Positions 43,891 to 54,155 are shown, numbered from the stretch's first letter. The stretch is 64,000 bases of DNA from Candidatus Sysuiplasma superficiale (GCA_019720975.1 JAGVSJ010000009.1:4065-68064), one strand, 5' to 3'. Numbers and translations: made by a program. Notes: a model not told the origin generated them from the sequence alone.

Positions 43891-44904
43891 TTGCCTGTGA
43901 TGAAGATAATCCTGTTCAAGATTTGCGTTGTCTTTCTCATAGCTGTGCTTGTTTTGCCTGCACTTACATCAGCGGTTGCACGCGCGGACAATGGCCAGCA
44001 GGACAGGGAAGTGTCTATCCAAACATCTGATAACGGTTATTTCCAGATAGTCTCCAAGCTGCCTGGGCAACCCGGAAATCAGTTTGATCTGCAGTTCGCA
44101 GAAAATACGCTTCTTATGACTTTCAGCAATGGTTCTGATCAGCAGAATGCATCGCTCGAGTTTGCCATAACACTGGATAAACTGATATACACCAATGGCA
44201 CAGGTTCAAACTCAACGCTGATTTCGTTTGAGGATGCCGGCTTCACACTCATGAGCGGCACAATGCTTGCCCCCTATGTCTCCACCTTCAGCAGATCCGT
44301 TTTTGGTGTCATTTCAGAGGCGAAGGGAACAGTCTTCATAATGATAATACAGGTGAATGGAAAGCCTGTCCAGGTTATGTCCCCAGTAGTCAACAAACCT
44401 GTTGAACTCTATCCAAATCAGGTGAAGATTTCCTTCATAATACAGAACGCAGGTATGCCGCAGATACAGTCCGGTACCTATATGAACCAGCAGCCTCCGA
44501 ACATGTTTACCGCAGGCAATATTTCGCTTCTGATGACACTGAGTTCACCCTCAGGATTTCCGGTTCTTTACCAGTCTGCGTCTTCCGTTCAGCTGAATTT
44601 CACTGAGGAAAACAGCACAGGTTATTTCGAATGGAGCCGCAGCGCGTATGTCTATAGCAGCCTTACCCAGAGTGTGTCAGAAAGAAATGTCCTTTTCTCG
44701 CTTGACAAGAGCAGGCTCACACTTGTCTATCCGGCGGCCCAGAGAATAGTTCATGATCCCGTCATCGGCATTTCCCCACAGTCCCTCATAGGCGGAGTGG
44801 TGAACGCGGTGAAGACTGCCGGAAACATAATAATATACAGTATTGCACTGACACTTGCTGCCGTTCTGGTTGCAGGCTCCGTGCTCTACAGACGGAAGCA
44901 CTGA
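43891..44904 (+). CDS. secreted protein with C-terminal membrane anchor
   Basis: N-terminal signal-like helix ending ALTSAVARA and a C-terminal TM followed by RRKH. The start is TTG 43891 or ATG 43900. Confidence 0.45.
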   Translation: MPVMKIILFKICVVFLIAVLVLPALTSAVARADNGQQDREVSIQTSDNGYFQIVSKLPGQPGNQFDLQFAENTLLMTFSNGSDQQNASLEFAITLDKLIYTNGTGSNSTLISFEDAGFTLMSGTMLAPYVSTFSRSVFGVISEAKGTVFIMIIQVNGKPVQVMSPVVNKPVELYPNQVKISFIIQNAGMPQIQSGTYMNQQPPNMFTAGNISLLMTLSSPSGFPVLYQSASSVQLNFTEENSTGYFEWSRSAYVYSSLTQSVSERNVLFSLDKSRLTLVYPAAQRIVHDPVIGISPQSLIGGVVNAVKTAGNIIIYSIALTLAAVLVAGSVLYRRKH

Positions 44905-44928
44905 ATACGGAAGGCAGAATGTGGCATC

Positions 44929-45210
44929 ATGTCGTTTCTGAGCTTCATTACACTGCAGAATTTCGTCGCAGCATGGGTTACTGTGATAGCTTTCGTTCTC
45001 TTCACAATATCCATTCTTGCTCTCAGGAAGAGCGGTAATTCAAGAATAGCAATGATTGCCGGTGCCTTTCTTCTCTTCTTCTTAGAGGGTCTCATATTCA
45101 CGTACCAGCTTTTTGCGGAGTACTTCGCTCTGCCGGTTTTCTTTGTTATTGTGGGTTTGATTGACATAGCAATACTGCTGCTCATTTTTGGCGCGACACT
45201 GATGAGATAG
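44929..45210 (+). CDS. small three-TM membrane protein
   Basis: 93-aa hydrophobic ORF between the secreted protein and the regulator. Confidence 0.4.
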   Translation: MSFLSFITLQNFVAAWVTVIAFVLFTISILALRKSGNSRIAMIAGAFLLFFLEGLIFTYQLFAEYFALPVFFVIVGLIDIAILLLIFGATLMR

Positions 45211-45221
45211 AGCGTGGTCTG

Positions 45222-45770
45222 ATGGATGAGATCCTCGAGCTGCAGACTAGAAAGAGGATTTATGATGAAGTCTGCAACTTTCCCGGTCTACATCTCCGCG
45301 AGCTTTCAAGGCAGCTCAACGAAAGCGTCCCACTAATAGACTATCATCTCAACTTTCTTGAAAAGCATGGGATTGTCACTGCCATCAATGACGGTCAGTT
45401 TAAAAGGTACTATCCAAGGGATCCTGTTGGTTCCGGCATCAAAACTGACACACTTTCAGCCGAAGAGAAGAGGATGGTTGCATTGCTCAGACAGAAGATA
45501 CCTCTTCAGATAATACTTTTCCTTCTGAAGAACGGCTCAGCCCAGCACAAAGACATGCTCCCCATGATGAATGTGTCCGCTTCAACACTCTCGCATCATC
45601 TGAATAAACTCGTGAGGAGGGGTATCGTAACCAAAACAGAATCGGGAAAGGAGAGGGGATACAGGCTCGCGAACGAAACACAGATGGCTAGGCTGCTCCT
45701 GCACTACCAGCCTCCCCCTGGAACAATTGTGGACAGCTTCATTGAAATATGGGAGGAGCTGAGGCAGTAG
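45222..45770 (+). CDS. tandem winged-helix (ArsR-like) transcriptional regulator
   Basis: Two wHTH units (GLHLRELSRQLNESVPLIDYHLNFLEKHGIV and AQHKDMLPMMNVSASTLSHHLNKLVRRGIV). Confidence 0.65.
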   Translation: MDEILELQTRKRIYDEVCNFPGLHLRELSRQLNESVPLIDYHLNFLEKHGIVTAINDGQFKRYYPRDPVGSGIKTDTLSAEEKRMVALLRQKIPLQIILFLLKNGSAQHKDMLPMMNVSASTLSHHLNKLVRRGIVTKTESGKERGYRLANETQMARLLLHYQPPPGTIVDSFIEIWEELRQ

Positions 45771-45838
45771 GATATTGAATATATTAAAATAGCCCTGATT
45801 GGTGTGTTTACTGCCTTTCCACTGATCAGGGAAAATAT

Positions 45839-46315
45839 ATGAAAATATCCATCGACGGCTGGGAGACCGGCCTGAGGTTTGTAGCAGGGCATTTCCTGCC
45901 CTCTATCGAAAAGTGCAGCAGACTGCATGGTCACAATTATGCCTTGAGCATAATGGTTGAAGGTGAGCCCGGAGATGGAGGGATAGTGGTGGATTTCATC
46001 GAGCTGAAAAGACTTGCACATACTCTTATCGAGAGGATCGACCACAGGATGCTTCTTCCAACTGCGGGAAAATCAATGAAAATAACCATTGAAGGTGAGC
46101 AGTACATTATCAGCTTTAACGGAAAGAGATATGTTATACCGCAGTCAGATGTTGCAACCATGCCACTGGAGAATATCAGTGCAGAGGAGCTTTCCAGATA
46201 TTTTGCACAGGAACTTGCAAGAGGATTGCGTGCGTTCAGCAACATAAGTGCGGTTACAGCCACAATTTCCGAAGGCAAGGGACAGGAGGCGTCATGGGAG
46301 GAGAGGCTGAGATGA
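45839..46315 (+). CDS. queD: 6-carboxy-5,6,7,8-tetrahydropterin synthase (PTPS family)
   Basis: CSRLHGHNY zinc/catalytic motif. It is the first gene of an overlapping queD-queC-queE set. Confidence 0.85.
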   Translation: MKISIDGWETGLRFVAGHFLPSIEKCSRLHGHNYALSIMVEGEPGDGGIVVDFIELKRLAHTLIERIDHRMLLPTAGKSMKITIEGEQYIISFNGKRYVIPQSDVATMPLENISAEELSRYFAQELARGLRAFSNISAVTATISEGKGQEASWEERLR

Positions 46316-46980
46316 AGGAAGCAGTGCTTCTTCTCTCAGGTGGCCTTGACTCAACAACCGTCGCCGCAATCCTGAATTCACAGGGATACAGCATCAGGGC
46401 GCTTACGGTTGATTACGGACAGAGACACATTAGGGAAATTGAAGCTGCCAAGTCTGTCGCATCTCACTTCAAAGTGAAGGAGCATGTCGTGATGCACGTG
46501 GATTTTTCACTTATTGGCGGCAGTGCCCTCACGGATATGTCGCTAAGCGTACCTGAAGGCGGAACATCAGGCATCCCTGTCACTTATGTTCCGGCAAGGA
46601 ATGCTGTTTTCCTGTCACTGGCATTGGCGTTTTCAGAGACGAGACAGTGCAATGAAATATACACCGGCATAAATGCAATCGATTACAGCGGTTATCCGGA
46701 TTGCAGACCTGAGTTTCTGGAAGCATTCAATAGGCTTGCACGGCTCGCAACAAGGGCAGGAGTTGAGGGCAAACCTGCTAGGGTGATTGCGCCGCTCATC
46801 AACATGAGGAAAGCGGATATCATCAGGGCAGGGATAGCGGTCGGCGCACCTTACGGGCTAAGCTGGAGTTGCTACAACGGAAGGGAGAAGGCATGTGGCC
46901 TCTGCGACTCGTGCCTGCTGAGATTGAAAGGATTCATGGAAGCAGGGTTAGAGGATCCGATAGATTATGAAAATAAATGA
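46312..46980 (+). CDS. queC: 7-cyano-7-deazaguanine synthase
   Basis: PP-loop LLLSGGLDST and a C-terminal Zn site C...CGLCDSCLLR. The ATG overlaps the queD stop (ATGA). Confidence 0.9.
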   Translation: MKEAVLLLSGGLDSTTVAAILNSQGYSIRALTVDYGQRHIREIEAAKSVASHFKVKEHVVMHVDFSLIGGSALTDMSLSVPEGGTSGIPVTYVPARNAVFLSLALAFSETRQCNEIYTGINAIDYSGYPDCRPEFLEAFNRLARLATRAGVEGKPARVIAPLINMRKADIIRAGIAVGAPYGLSWSCYNGREKACGLCDSCLLRLKGFMEAGLEDPIDYENK

Positions 46981-47605
46981 GATATTTGAATCAATTCAGG
47001 GGGAAGGACTTCTGGTTGGACTGCCTACACTCTTCATAAGGACTGCAGGCTGCGATCTCAGGTGTGTCTGGTGCGACACACCTTATGCACTGCTTGAGAG
47101 CCAAGGAACCGAGTGGAGTGTTGATGAGCTGGTGACTGAGGCCAAGAGGCATCGTGTGAGGGATATCTGTATCACGGGCGGTGACCCGTTAAGGCAGAAG
47201 GAAGAGGTGGTTCTCCTCATATCGCGACTGTTGGGAGAAGGTTTCAGGATTGTCTTGGAAACAAGCGGTGCCTATCCAATCGACGGTCTGCCCCGTTCGG
47301 AGAGGCTGGTGATAAGCATGGACGTCAAGCTTCCGGGTTCAGGGATGGAGGGAAGGAACATGCTTGAGAACATAGATTTGCTGAGGAAGTGGGACCAGCT
47401 GAAACTGATAATAGCTGACAGGAATGACTATGAATATGCACGAAAACTTCTTTCAGGCTGCAGTATTCCCTGTGAGGTGATAATGACTCCGGCTGGGGGG
47501 CGCGAGCTTAAGTGGCTGGCTGAAAGGGTTCTTTCGGATGGCCTAGCTGTCAGGGTACTGCCTCAGATGCACAAATACATCTGGGGGGATGAAAGGGGAA
47601 GGTAA
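46967..47605 (+). CDS. queE: 7-carboxy-7-deazaguanine synthase (radical SAM)
   Basis: EIFESIQGEG and the CDLRCVWCDT cluster motif. It overlaps queC by 14 nt. Confidence 0.88.
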   Translation: MKINEIFESIQGEGLLVGLPTLFIRTAGCDLRCVWCDTPYALLESQGTEWSVDELVTEAKRHRVRDICITGGDPLRQKEEVVLLISRLLGEGFRIVLETSGAYPIDGLPRSERLVISMDVKLPGSGMEGRNMLENIDLLRKWDQLKLIIADRNDYEYARKLLSGCSIPCEVIMTPAGGRELKWLAERVLSDGLAVRVLPQMHKYIWGDERGR

Positions 47606-47612
47606 AGAGGTC

Positions 47613-48596
47613 CTACTGTTCTGCAAGTATCTGGTCGAATCTGAAATCTGAAAAGGGCCTGGCACCGATTGCTATCTCAGCCTCTACGGGAGTGAGTATC
47701 GGTTTCGGATACCTCGCATAGTCGTCTATTGCAACACGTGGACAGACTGTCGAGGCGAACGCATCGAAACCGTATGAACCGATAAGTTCAGGAGTCACAA
47801 TGTTTGTCTGTATCAGAGCGGCAGATCTGCCTGCTGCCTTTATGCTTGCGAGGAGCTTTTCTGCAACAGTTCTTCTCCTCTGTCCGAGCTTTGAGCTCAC
47901 CAACACACCAAAGGTCTTCGCCTGCATTGCACGCTCGATTGCAACAAGCCGTTGTTTCATTATCACGTCGCGCAATGAGTCTATCTTTCTCACTGTTCCA
48001 TTCATGGGATTTGCACAGACGAGAGGCCTTTCGCTCAAAACAGCCAGGCCGATGGGATGAAAGTCGCCATCCCCCACATACAGGAACATATCCACCCTGT
48101 CCTCGATATCTAGCCCGGCACTGTAATCACACCCCAGAAGCTGTGCAGGACTGTCAAGACGCATGTCCCCTCTTGAATAGATTGCATTGATCCCTTCCCC
48201 TTCAAGGAATGAGACGATAGATGAGATATGATGGATATGCTGGGCAGTGGTGACCAGACCGACAGTGCCACGAAGCATGGGCAGTGCTTGCCTGACGACA
48301 TATACAGGGTCTATGTCAACAAGGATGTTGGCGAAATACATCTTTGGAATCGCACCGATAGAGGGCATTCTGGTGTGCCCTATCTGAATAATGACGTCGG
48401 AAATGCCGAAGAGATGCACTGGTATATCACATGCGCCGAAACAGGGGTCGGAATCGATAACAACTTCCGCAGATGATATCATGCCTATGCGAGAGGCTAT
48501 TTCCTGCCCAAATGTTTTCAGACCTTCGGGCAGCTGGAGGGCAATGCGCTTTGCACCTCTTGATCTGGCGAATGCACCTATTGCATCATAATCAAT
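47613..48596 (-). CDS. dph2: 2-(3-amino-3-carboxypropyl)histidine synthase (diphthamide synthesis)
   Basis: Dph2 pattern (DPCFGACD, IQIGHTRM, three-domain repeat). The ORF track starts at ATG 48482. My translation of the same frame upstream gives IDYDAIGAFARSRGAKRIALQLPEGLKTFGQEIASRIG, matching the conserved Dph2 N-terminus (compare Pyrococcus ...RIGAKRVLIQSPEGL). There is no ATG/GTG/TTG in that stretch, so the start is provisionally placed at ATT 48596. Confidence 0.75.
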   Translation of the reverse strand: MDYDAIGAFARSRGAKRIALQLPEGLKTFGQEIASRIGMISSAEVVIDSDPCFGACDIPVHLFGISDVIIQIGHTRMPSIGAIPKMYFANILVDIDPVYVVRQALPMLRGTVGLVTTAQHIHHISSIVSFLEGEGINAIYSRGDMRLDSPAQLLGCDYSAGLDIEDRVDMFLYVGDGDFHPIGLAVLSERPLVCANPMNGTVRKIDSLRDVIMKQRLVAIERAMQAKTFGVLVSSKLGQRRRTVAEKLLASIKAAGRSAALIQTNIVTPELIGSYGFDAFASTVCPRVAIDDYARYPKPILTPVEAEIAIGARPFSDFRFDQILAEQ

Positions 48597-48906
48597 GAGA
48601 AGCTTTGAACCGTTTACGACAGGACTGTATACCGTTTTGCCACCACTACGCCATTTGTCAGAACTGAATTTAAGTTAAAGCTTTGTATCGGAAGTAACTG
48701 TTTTTTTGTGGCGGAAGCTTCATTGGACCGTATAATGGCACGCGGGTTTCCTCCGTCCATACAGAACACTGTAAACCCTTTCACTTTATCCGGCGTTTGT
48801 TCTTCGCATCGCTGGGATCTGACGGATATGAGGAATCTGACGCCTGTACGGACTGATACAGTATTGACTGTAACAGTTAAATCGACTCATGTTATCCTGC
48901 AAGAGT

Positions 48907-50172
48907 ATGAAGATATCCATCGTCGGCTCTGGCTATGTTGGGCTTGTAACCGGCGCATGCCTTGCAAAGCTGGGCAACAGTGTAGTGCTCATCGACGTTA
49001 TTGAGGAGAAGATACAACGCATCAACAGTCGAAGGCCGACTGTATTTGAACCTGGTCTTGATGCAGTCCTCAGTGAGGCTGTTGGAAAGGGTGCACTGAG
49101 GGCGACTGCAGACTTCAGTGACGGAATTGGCACCACGGAATTGACTTTTATATGCGTCGGAACGCCCTCGCGCGATGACGGAAGCCAGGATCTGACACAG
49201 GTTGCTGGGGCCGCCGAATCTATCGGTTCTGTGCTGAAGGAGAAGAGCGATTACCATTCCGTAGTAACAAAGAGCACAGTTGTTCCAGGGACAACGCTCA
49301 AAACTGTAGGTCCGATTGTAGAGCGTGCCTCCGGGAAGAGAGCAGGAGTTGATTTCGGCCTAGGAATGAACCCGGAATTCCTGAAGGAGGGTGATGCTGT
49401 TAATGATTTCTTCAGACCGGACAGAGTCGTTATAGGTGCAGTTGATGCTAAAACACGGGAGAGGCTTTCAGAACTCTACAGTCCTCTTGGGGTGCCTGTC
49501 TTCCATACAGATTGCACAACAGCCGAGATGATAAAGTATTCATCGAATATCTTTCTTGCTGCCAGGGTTGCGCTTGTCAATGAACTTGGAAATGTCTCCA
49601 AAGCTCTGGGTATAGACGTCAGGGAGGTCGCGAAGGCGGTTGGCATGGACAGAAGAATAGGACCGCTCTTCCTTAAGGCGGGTGCGGGTTTCGGAGGGAG
49701 CTGTTTCAGGAAGGATGCTTCCGCTCTGTCCAGGAAGGCAAGGGAGCTCGGTGTCAGCACACCGATCATTGATTCTGTCCTGATGCAGAATGATGCACAG
49801 CCACTGAGACTCGTTGAACTTCTTGAGGGTAAACTGAAAATAAAAGGGAAAAGGATAGCCGTCCTCGGGCTCTCATTCAAGCCCAATTCGGACGATGTCA
49901 GGGATGCACCATCCTTAAAGGTTGTCGATGCACTGGCAGTGAGGGGGGCGTATGTTGTCGCCTATGATCCGGTTGCATCAGACAATTTCAGGAAGCTGAG
50001 ACCCGACATAGAGTATGCGAAAAGCGCAAGATCGGCAGTCAATTCTTCGGACGCTGTCGTCATAGTCACGGAATGGGAAGAATTTTCCGATCCGATGTTA
50101 TACGGTACAAAGCCGGTAATTGACGGGCGCGGCATCACAAAGACGGAGAACTACGAGGGTGTTTGCTGGTGA
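48907..50172 (+). CDS. ugd: UDP-glucose 6-dehydrogenase
   Basis: MKISIVGSGYVGLVTG, GFGGSCFRKD (catalytic Cys) and the C-terminal UDP-binding domain. Confidence 0.88.
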   Translation: MKISIVGSGYVGLVTGACLAKLGNSVVLIDVIEEKIQRINSRRPTVFEPGLDAVLSEAVGKGALRATADFSDGIGTTELTFICVGTPSRDDGSQDLTQVAGAAESIGSVLKEKSDYHSVVTKSTVVPGTTLKTVGPIVERASGKRAGVDFGLGMNPEFLKEGDAVNDFFRPDRVVIGAVDAKTRERLSELYSPLGVPVFHTDCTTAEMIKYSSNIFLAARVALVNELGNVSKALGIDVREVAKAVGMDRRIGPLFLKAGAGFGGSCFRKDASALSRKARELGVSTPIIDSVLMQNDAQPLRLVELLEGKLKIKGKRIAVLGLSFKPNSDDVRDAPSLKVVDALAVRGAYVVAYDPVASDNFRKLRPDIEYAKSARSAVNSSDAVVIVTEWEEFSDPMLYGTKPVIDGRGITKTENYEGVCW

Positions 50173-50176
50173 GTCG

Positions 50177-51025
50177 ATGAAAGCCGTCATACCCGCTGCT
50201 GGAATGGGTACACGCTTCCTCCCCCTTACCAAGGTTCAGCCGAAAGAAATGCTGCCAGTGGTTGACAAACCTGTGATACAGTATGTTGTGGAGGAGGCAG
50301 TTAATGCCGGAATCACAGACATAATAATTGTTACTGGAAGGGAAAAACGTGCGATAGAAGACCATTTTGATTCCTCTCCAGAACTCGAAAGAGTGCTAAG
50401 GGAGCGGAAGAAGGACGACTATCTGAAGAGAGTCAAGGAGATAACATCGCTTGCAGATATACACTATATAAGACAGAAGTATCCACGCGGGCTTGGGGAT
50501 GCAGTTTACTGTGCAAGACACCACATCGGAAATGAGAGCTTTGCAGTAATGCTCGGAGACACAATAAACATATCGAAGGTACCTGTGGTGAAGCAGCTGA
50601 TGACCGTTCACGATGAACTTGATTCTTCCGTCATAGCTGTTGAAAAGGTTACAAGAGACAAGATCAGTGATTATGGTATAATCGGCGGAAAGATGATCAG
50701 GAAGAGACTGTACAGCATCGATGAGCTTGTTGAGAAGCCTGATCCTGCTGCGGCACCGTCAGACTTAGGCATAACTGGCACCTATGTTCTGACTCCAGGC
50801 ATATTCGATGCAATCGAAAGAACGGAACCAGACATCAGGGATGAGATACAGCTTACCAATGCACTCTCGATATTGAAGAAAAGGGAAAAGATATATGGCT
50901 ACGCATTTGAGGGAAGAAGATACGACATAGGAGATATCTATCTCTGGATGAAGGTAAACCTGGAGCTGACCCTTAAGAGCAGCAAATATGGGCAACGGCT
51001 GAAAAGGGAAATGAAGGTGATGTGA
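50177..51025 (+). CDS. galU: UTP--glucose-1-phosphate uridylyltransferase
   Basis: KAVIPAAGMGTRFLPLTKVQPKEMLPVVDKP and VEKP motifs. Confidence 0.88.
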   Translation: MKAVIPAAGMGTRFLPLTKVQPKEMLPVVDKPVIQYVVEEAVNAGITDIIIVTGREKRAIEDHFDSSPELERVLRERKKDDYLKRVKEITSLADIHYIRQKYPRGLGDAVYCARHHIGNESFAVMLGDTINISKVPVVKQLMTVHDELDSSVIAVEKVTRDKISDYGIIGGKMIRKRLYSIDELVEKPDPAAAPSDLGITGTYVLTPGIFDAIERTEPDIRDEIQLTNALSILKKREKIYGYAFEGRRYDIGDIYLWMKVNLELTLKSSKYGQRLKREMKVM

Positions 51026-51988
51026 GTGGAAAGGATTGTAATTACAGGTGGGGCAGGTTTCATAGGCTCTGCACTTTGTGAGAGACTTCTGAATGAAGGC
51101 AACAGCGTTGTATGCATAGACAACCTCTCCAGCGGCAGGAGACTGAACATTGCCCACCTGGAGAGCCGCGAGAGCATGCTCTTTCTCAAAAAGGACATCA
51201 CCGAGCATTTTTCCGTGGAGGGGAGCGTGGACAAGGTGTACCATCTTGCTTCAATGGCTTCTCCAAAAGATTTTGAATCTCATGCGCTTGAAATAGCTCT
51301 AACCGGTTCAATCGGAACGTTGAATGCACTTGAGCTTGCGAGGGAGAAAAATGCGCGTTTTCTCTTCACATCCACTTCTGAAGTGTACGGACAGCCAACC
51401 CGGCACCCTCAATCCGAAGATTACTGGGGGAATGTCAATCCTGTTGGCGTTCGGGCCTGCTACGATGAGTCGAAGCGTTTCTCGGAAATGCTTTCGACTG
51501 TGTTTGGAAGAACCTATGGACTGGATATCAGAATAGCAAGGATATTCAATACGTATGGGCCAGGAATGCGACCTGGAGACGGAAGAGTGATACCCAACTT
51601 CGTATCACAGGCACTTCAGAATAGACCAATCACAATAAACGGAGACGGCCAGCAGACCCGATCTTTCTGCTATATAGACGACATGGTCGATGGTTTGATC
51701 CGACTTATGAACACAGAAAAACTTAAGGACAGCGGACCCGTGAACCTTGGAAGCGACAGGGAAATCACCGTGCTTCAGCTCGCAAATATGATCAAGGACA
51801 TAACGGGCTCCGAAAGCAAGCTGGTTTTCAATGAAATGCCACAGGACGATCCGGTGAGGAGGAGACCGGACATCAGGAAGGCCTACCAGCTGCTCGGATG
51901 GAAACCAAAGACGGCACTGAGCACAGGCCTCAGAAAGGTCATAGAGAGATACCAGAGCACGTCCTCGATGAAACAGAATGCCAAGTGA
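51026..51988 (+). CDS. UDP-glucuronate decarboxylase (UDP-xylose synthase, SDR family)
   Basis: ITGGAGFIGS, YDESKR (YxxxK) and RIFNTYGP. The GTG start follows the galU stop directly. Confidence 0.85.
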   Translation: MERIVITGGAGFIGSALCERLLNEGNSVVCIDNLSSGRRLNIAHLESRESMLFLKKDITEHFSVEGSVDKVYHLASMASPKDFESHALEIALTGSIGTLNALELAREKNARFLFTSTSEVYGQPTRHPQSEDYWGNVNPVGVRACYDESKRFSEMLSTVFGRTYGLDIRIARIFNTYGPGMRPGDGRVIPNFVSQALQNRPITINGDGQQTRSFCYIDDMVDGLIRLMNTEKLKDSGPVNLGSDREITVLQLANMIKDITGSESKLVFNEMPQDDPVRRRPDIRKAYQLLGWKPKTALSTGLRKVIERYQSTSSMKQNAK

Positions 51989-52056
51989 GCTGTTTTCGGG
52001 CGACCCGCTGCAATGCCTTTATTTACGGCCGGATTATCCACGGGGGGAAGCGGGGC

Positions 52057-53256
52057 ATGACAGATTCCGTACCAAAGGAGCTCATCTTTGCCAGGGATAT
52101 GTTCGGGAAATATTACAGGGAGCACACCATCCATGCACCGCCGCGTTCAGAGGCAAGGGAGTTCGGTTTCATGTTCTTCGACAGGACATTCGTTCACAGA
52201 CACATACACTTCCATGGTGAGGGGGAACTTAACGATTATCTGAGAGGACGGTCTCCATCGCACGGATACTACTCAGCCGCACGCTATGCCAGACCTGATG
52301 CAGATACAATGGCCGAAAAGGGGTGGGAAGGGGCGGATTTGATATTTGATCTGGATGCGGACCACGTGAAGGGTTCAGAGAAGCTTGAATACGACAGAAT
52401 GCTGGAACAGGTGAAGGATGTTTTGATACGGCTCTACGACGATTACATAACAGGGGATCTGGGATTTGGCGAAAAGGAAACGGAAATAGTCTTCTCCGGG
52501 GGAAGGGGCTACCACATTCACATATACAGCAGTAGCGTGGCTCAGCTGGGCAGTCATGAAAGAAGAGAAATTGTCGACTACATAACAGGCAATGGCCTTG
52601 ATGTTTCAATGCTTTTCCGTAGACAGGTCGTCGGAGTTGATGAGAAGACGGGAAAAAAAATAACAAGCATGAGGGCACCCTCCGCCATGGAAGGTGGCTG
52701 GTACGCAAGGGCTGCAAGGGCGCTGGAAATGGCTCTCGAACATGCCACCGATATGGGCACAATCCTGAAATTCCTGACTGACGCTGGTCTGAACGAGAGA
52801 CAGGCAGGCAGAATGGCATCCGTTCTGGTCGAAATGGGAGGAAGAGATAGGATAAAGGATACAGGACTCATTGATGTCTTTGCGCGATCTGGCAGGTATG
52901 ATGACAGCATGAGCTTCGCCGCGATGCTCACAAAGATTGCATCCGAGACAATGGCGGGGCAGACAGATGAGCCCGTGACCAGCGATGTGCACAGGCTAAT
53001 AAGGATACCTGGAACGCTTCACGGTAAGACCGGTCTGAAGGTAATCTCCATGACAAGGAATTCTCTTGATTCTTTCAATCCCCTTGAGGATGCAGTGGCC
53101 AGGTTCGATGACAGCGAAGTTACCGTCATCTCCAGAACAGCATTCGAGACACCGCCGTTCATGGGCGAACGCGTGAGGTTGAATGAAGGGAAAAATCGTC
53201 TGCCGTCGAATCTTGCGCTTTTCCTCATTCTGAGAAGGCAGGTGCAGCTCCCGTGA
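52057..53256 (+). CDS. priS: DNA primase small (catalytic) subunit PriS
   Basis: AEP primase motifs DLIFDLDADH, FSGGRGYHIH and RIPGTLHGKTG. The ORF is open from 51898, but that extension overlaps the preceding gene. Confidence 0.88.
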   Translation: MTDSVPKELIFARDMFGKYYREHTIHAPPRSEAREFGFMFFDRTFVHRHIHFHGEGELNDYLRGRSPSHGYYSAARYARPDADTMAEKGWEGADLIFDLDADHVKGSEKLEYDRMLEQVKDVLIRLYDDYITGDLGFGEKETEIVFSGGRGYHIHIYSSSVAQLGSHERREIVDYITGNGLDVSMLFRRQVVGVDEKTGKKITSMRAPSAMEGGWYARAARALEMALEHATDMGTILKFLTDAGLNERQAGRMASVLVEMGGRDRIKDTGLIDVFARSGRYDDSMSFAAMLTKIASETMAGQTDEPVTSDVHRLIRIPGTLHGKTGLKVISMTRNSLDSFNPLEDAVARFDDSEVTVISRTAFETPPFMGERVRLNEGKNRLPSNLALFLILRRQVQLP

Positions 53257-53315
53257 AGCTTAGTTAGAAGCCACACTGATAATCGTTCAGTAACCTATAT
53301 AAAAAGACACCATCG

Positions 53316-54155
53316 ATGGTATTGGGGATGAAGGCAAAGGACCTGGAAAACGATCCGCGTCTTGCACGAATACTCAGGACGAAGAGCGCCCTCTTTGGAA
53401 TGGAGGAGGCTGCGCTTGTGATCATCGCCGTCTTTCTGCTTCTTCTCAACGGCTTTTCACTCAGGCCACCACTCTTTCCAATATACAACGTCGTACTAAT
53501 TTTCTTTTTCTTCCTGTTGGTAATGTCTGTTGAGCGCATATTCTTCTTCAGGCTCTCAATGCGCTACGGGAGGAGAAAGGGCGTGATGTACCTGATAGCA
53601 AGACGTGTGATGAGATATTCCGTCGCGATTCTCGTACTGTCGATCGTTGCCTCAGCATTGCTCTTTGCTGTGAATTTCATGCCCGTATTCAATCAGCAGG
53701 GGACTGTGTCGGGGCCGGTGGGCACTGCCAGCTTCCAATCGGGAAACTTCCTGGCACTTTATTCTGTCGGTTCTGTAACCGTGTCAAATCCGACGGGTAG
53801 CAACCTCACTTTTGTAATAGTCACCCAGGGAGATTATCTTGCTTCGGGCGCGACACCACAGGCTGCGAATGAATCACTTTTGATATATTCCAACCTCGCA
53901 GGAGGGAATGATTTTGTTCCGGCAGGAGGCTCAACGACAGTCCATATCGTCACGCTTCCTGACGCTGTCTATTATATTGTCGTATTCTCGGGCAGCGGAA
54001 ACGTACAGGCACATTACATTCTGCAGATGAAGGCTTCCCCGTCAATATTTGACGCGTTTCTCCTTTCCTGCGGCATGATACCTGTCTCCGCCTATCTTGC
54101 TGTTGTCTCAAAGGCAAATATGTCTTTTTTGCGCTCGGAAACGATATTTAAGTAG
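53316..54155 (+). CDS. membrane protein with extracytoplasmic domain
   Basis: Three N-terminal TM helices, a ~120-aa T/S/G-rich soluble segment and a C-terminal TM. No family recognised. Confidence 0.45.
   Translation: MVLGMKAKDLENDPRLARILRTKSALFGMEEAALVIIAVFLLLLNGFSLRPPLFPIYNVVLIFFFFLLVMSVERIFFFRLSMRYGRRKGVMYLIARRVMRYSVAILVLSIVASALLFAVNFMPVFNQQGTVSGPVGTASFQSGNFLALYSVGSVTVSNPTGSNLTFVIVTQGDYLASGATPQAANESLLIYSNLAGGNDFVPAGGSTTVHIVTLPDAVYYIVVFSGSGNVQAHYILQMKASPSIFDAFLLSCGMIPVSAYLAVVSKANMSFLRSETIFK

Noticed and set aside
48708-49004. 98-aa plus-strand ORF in the dph2/ugd intergenic region
   Set aside because: It overlaps the well-supported ugd start region in another frame. No motifs, so probably spurious.
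52229-52819. 196-aa minus-strand ORF (and 52578..52992) antisense to priS
   Set aside because: Proline/arginine-rich shadow frames. The plus strand carries the AEP primase motifs.
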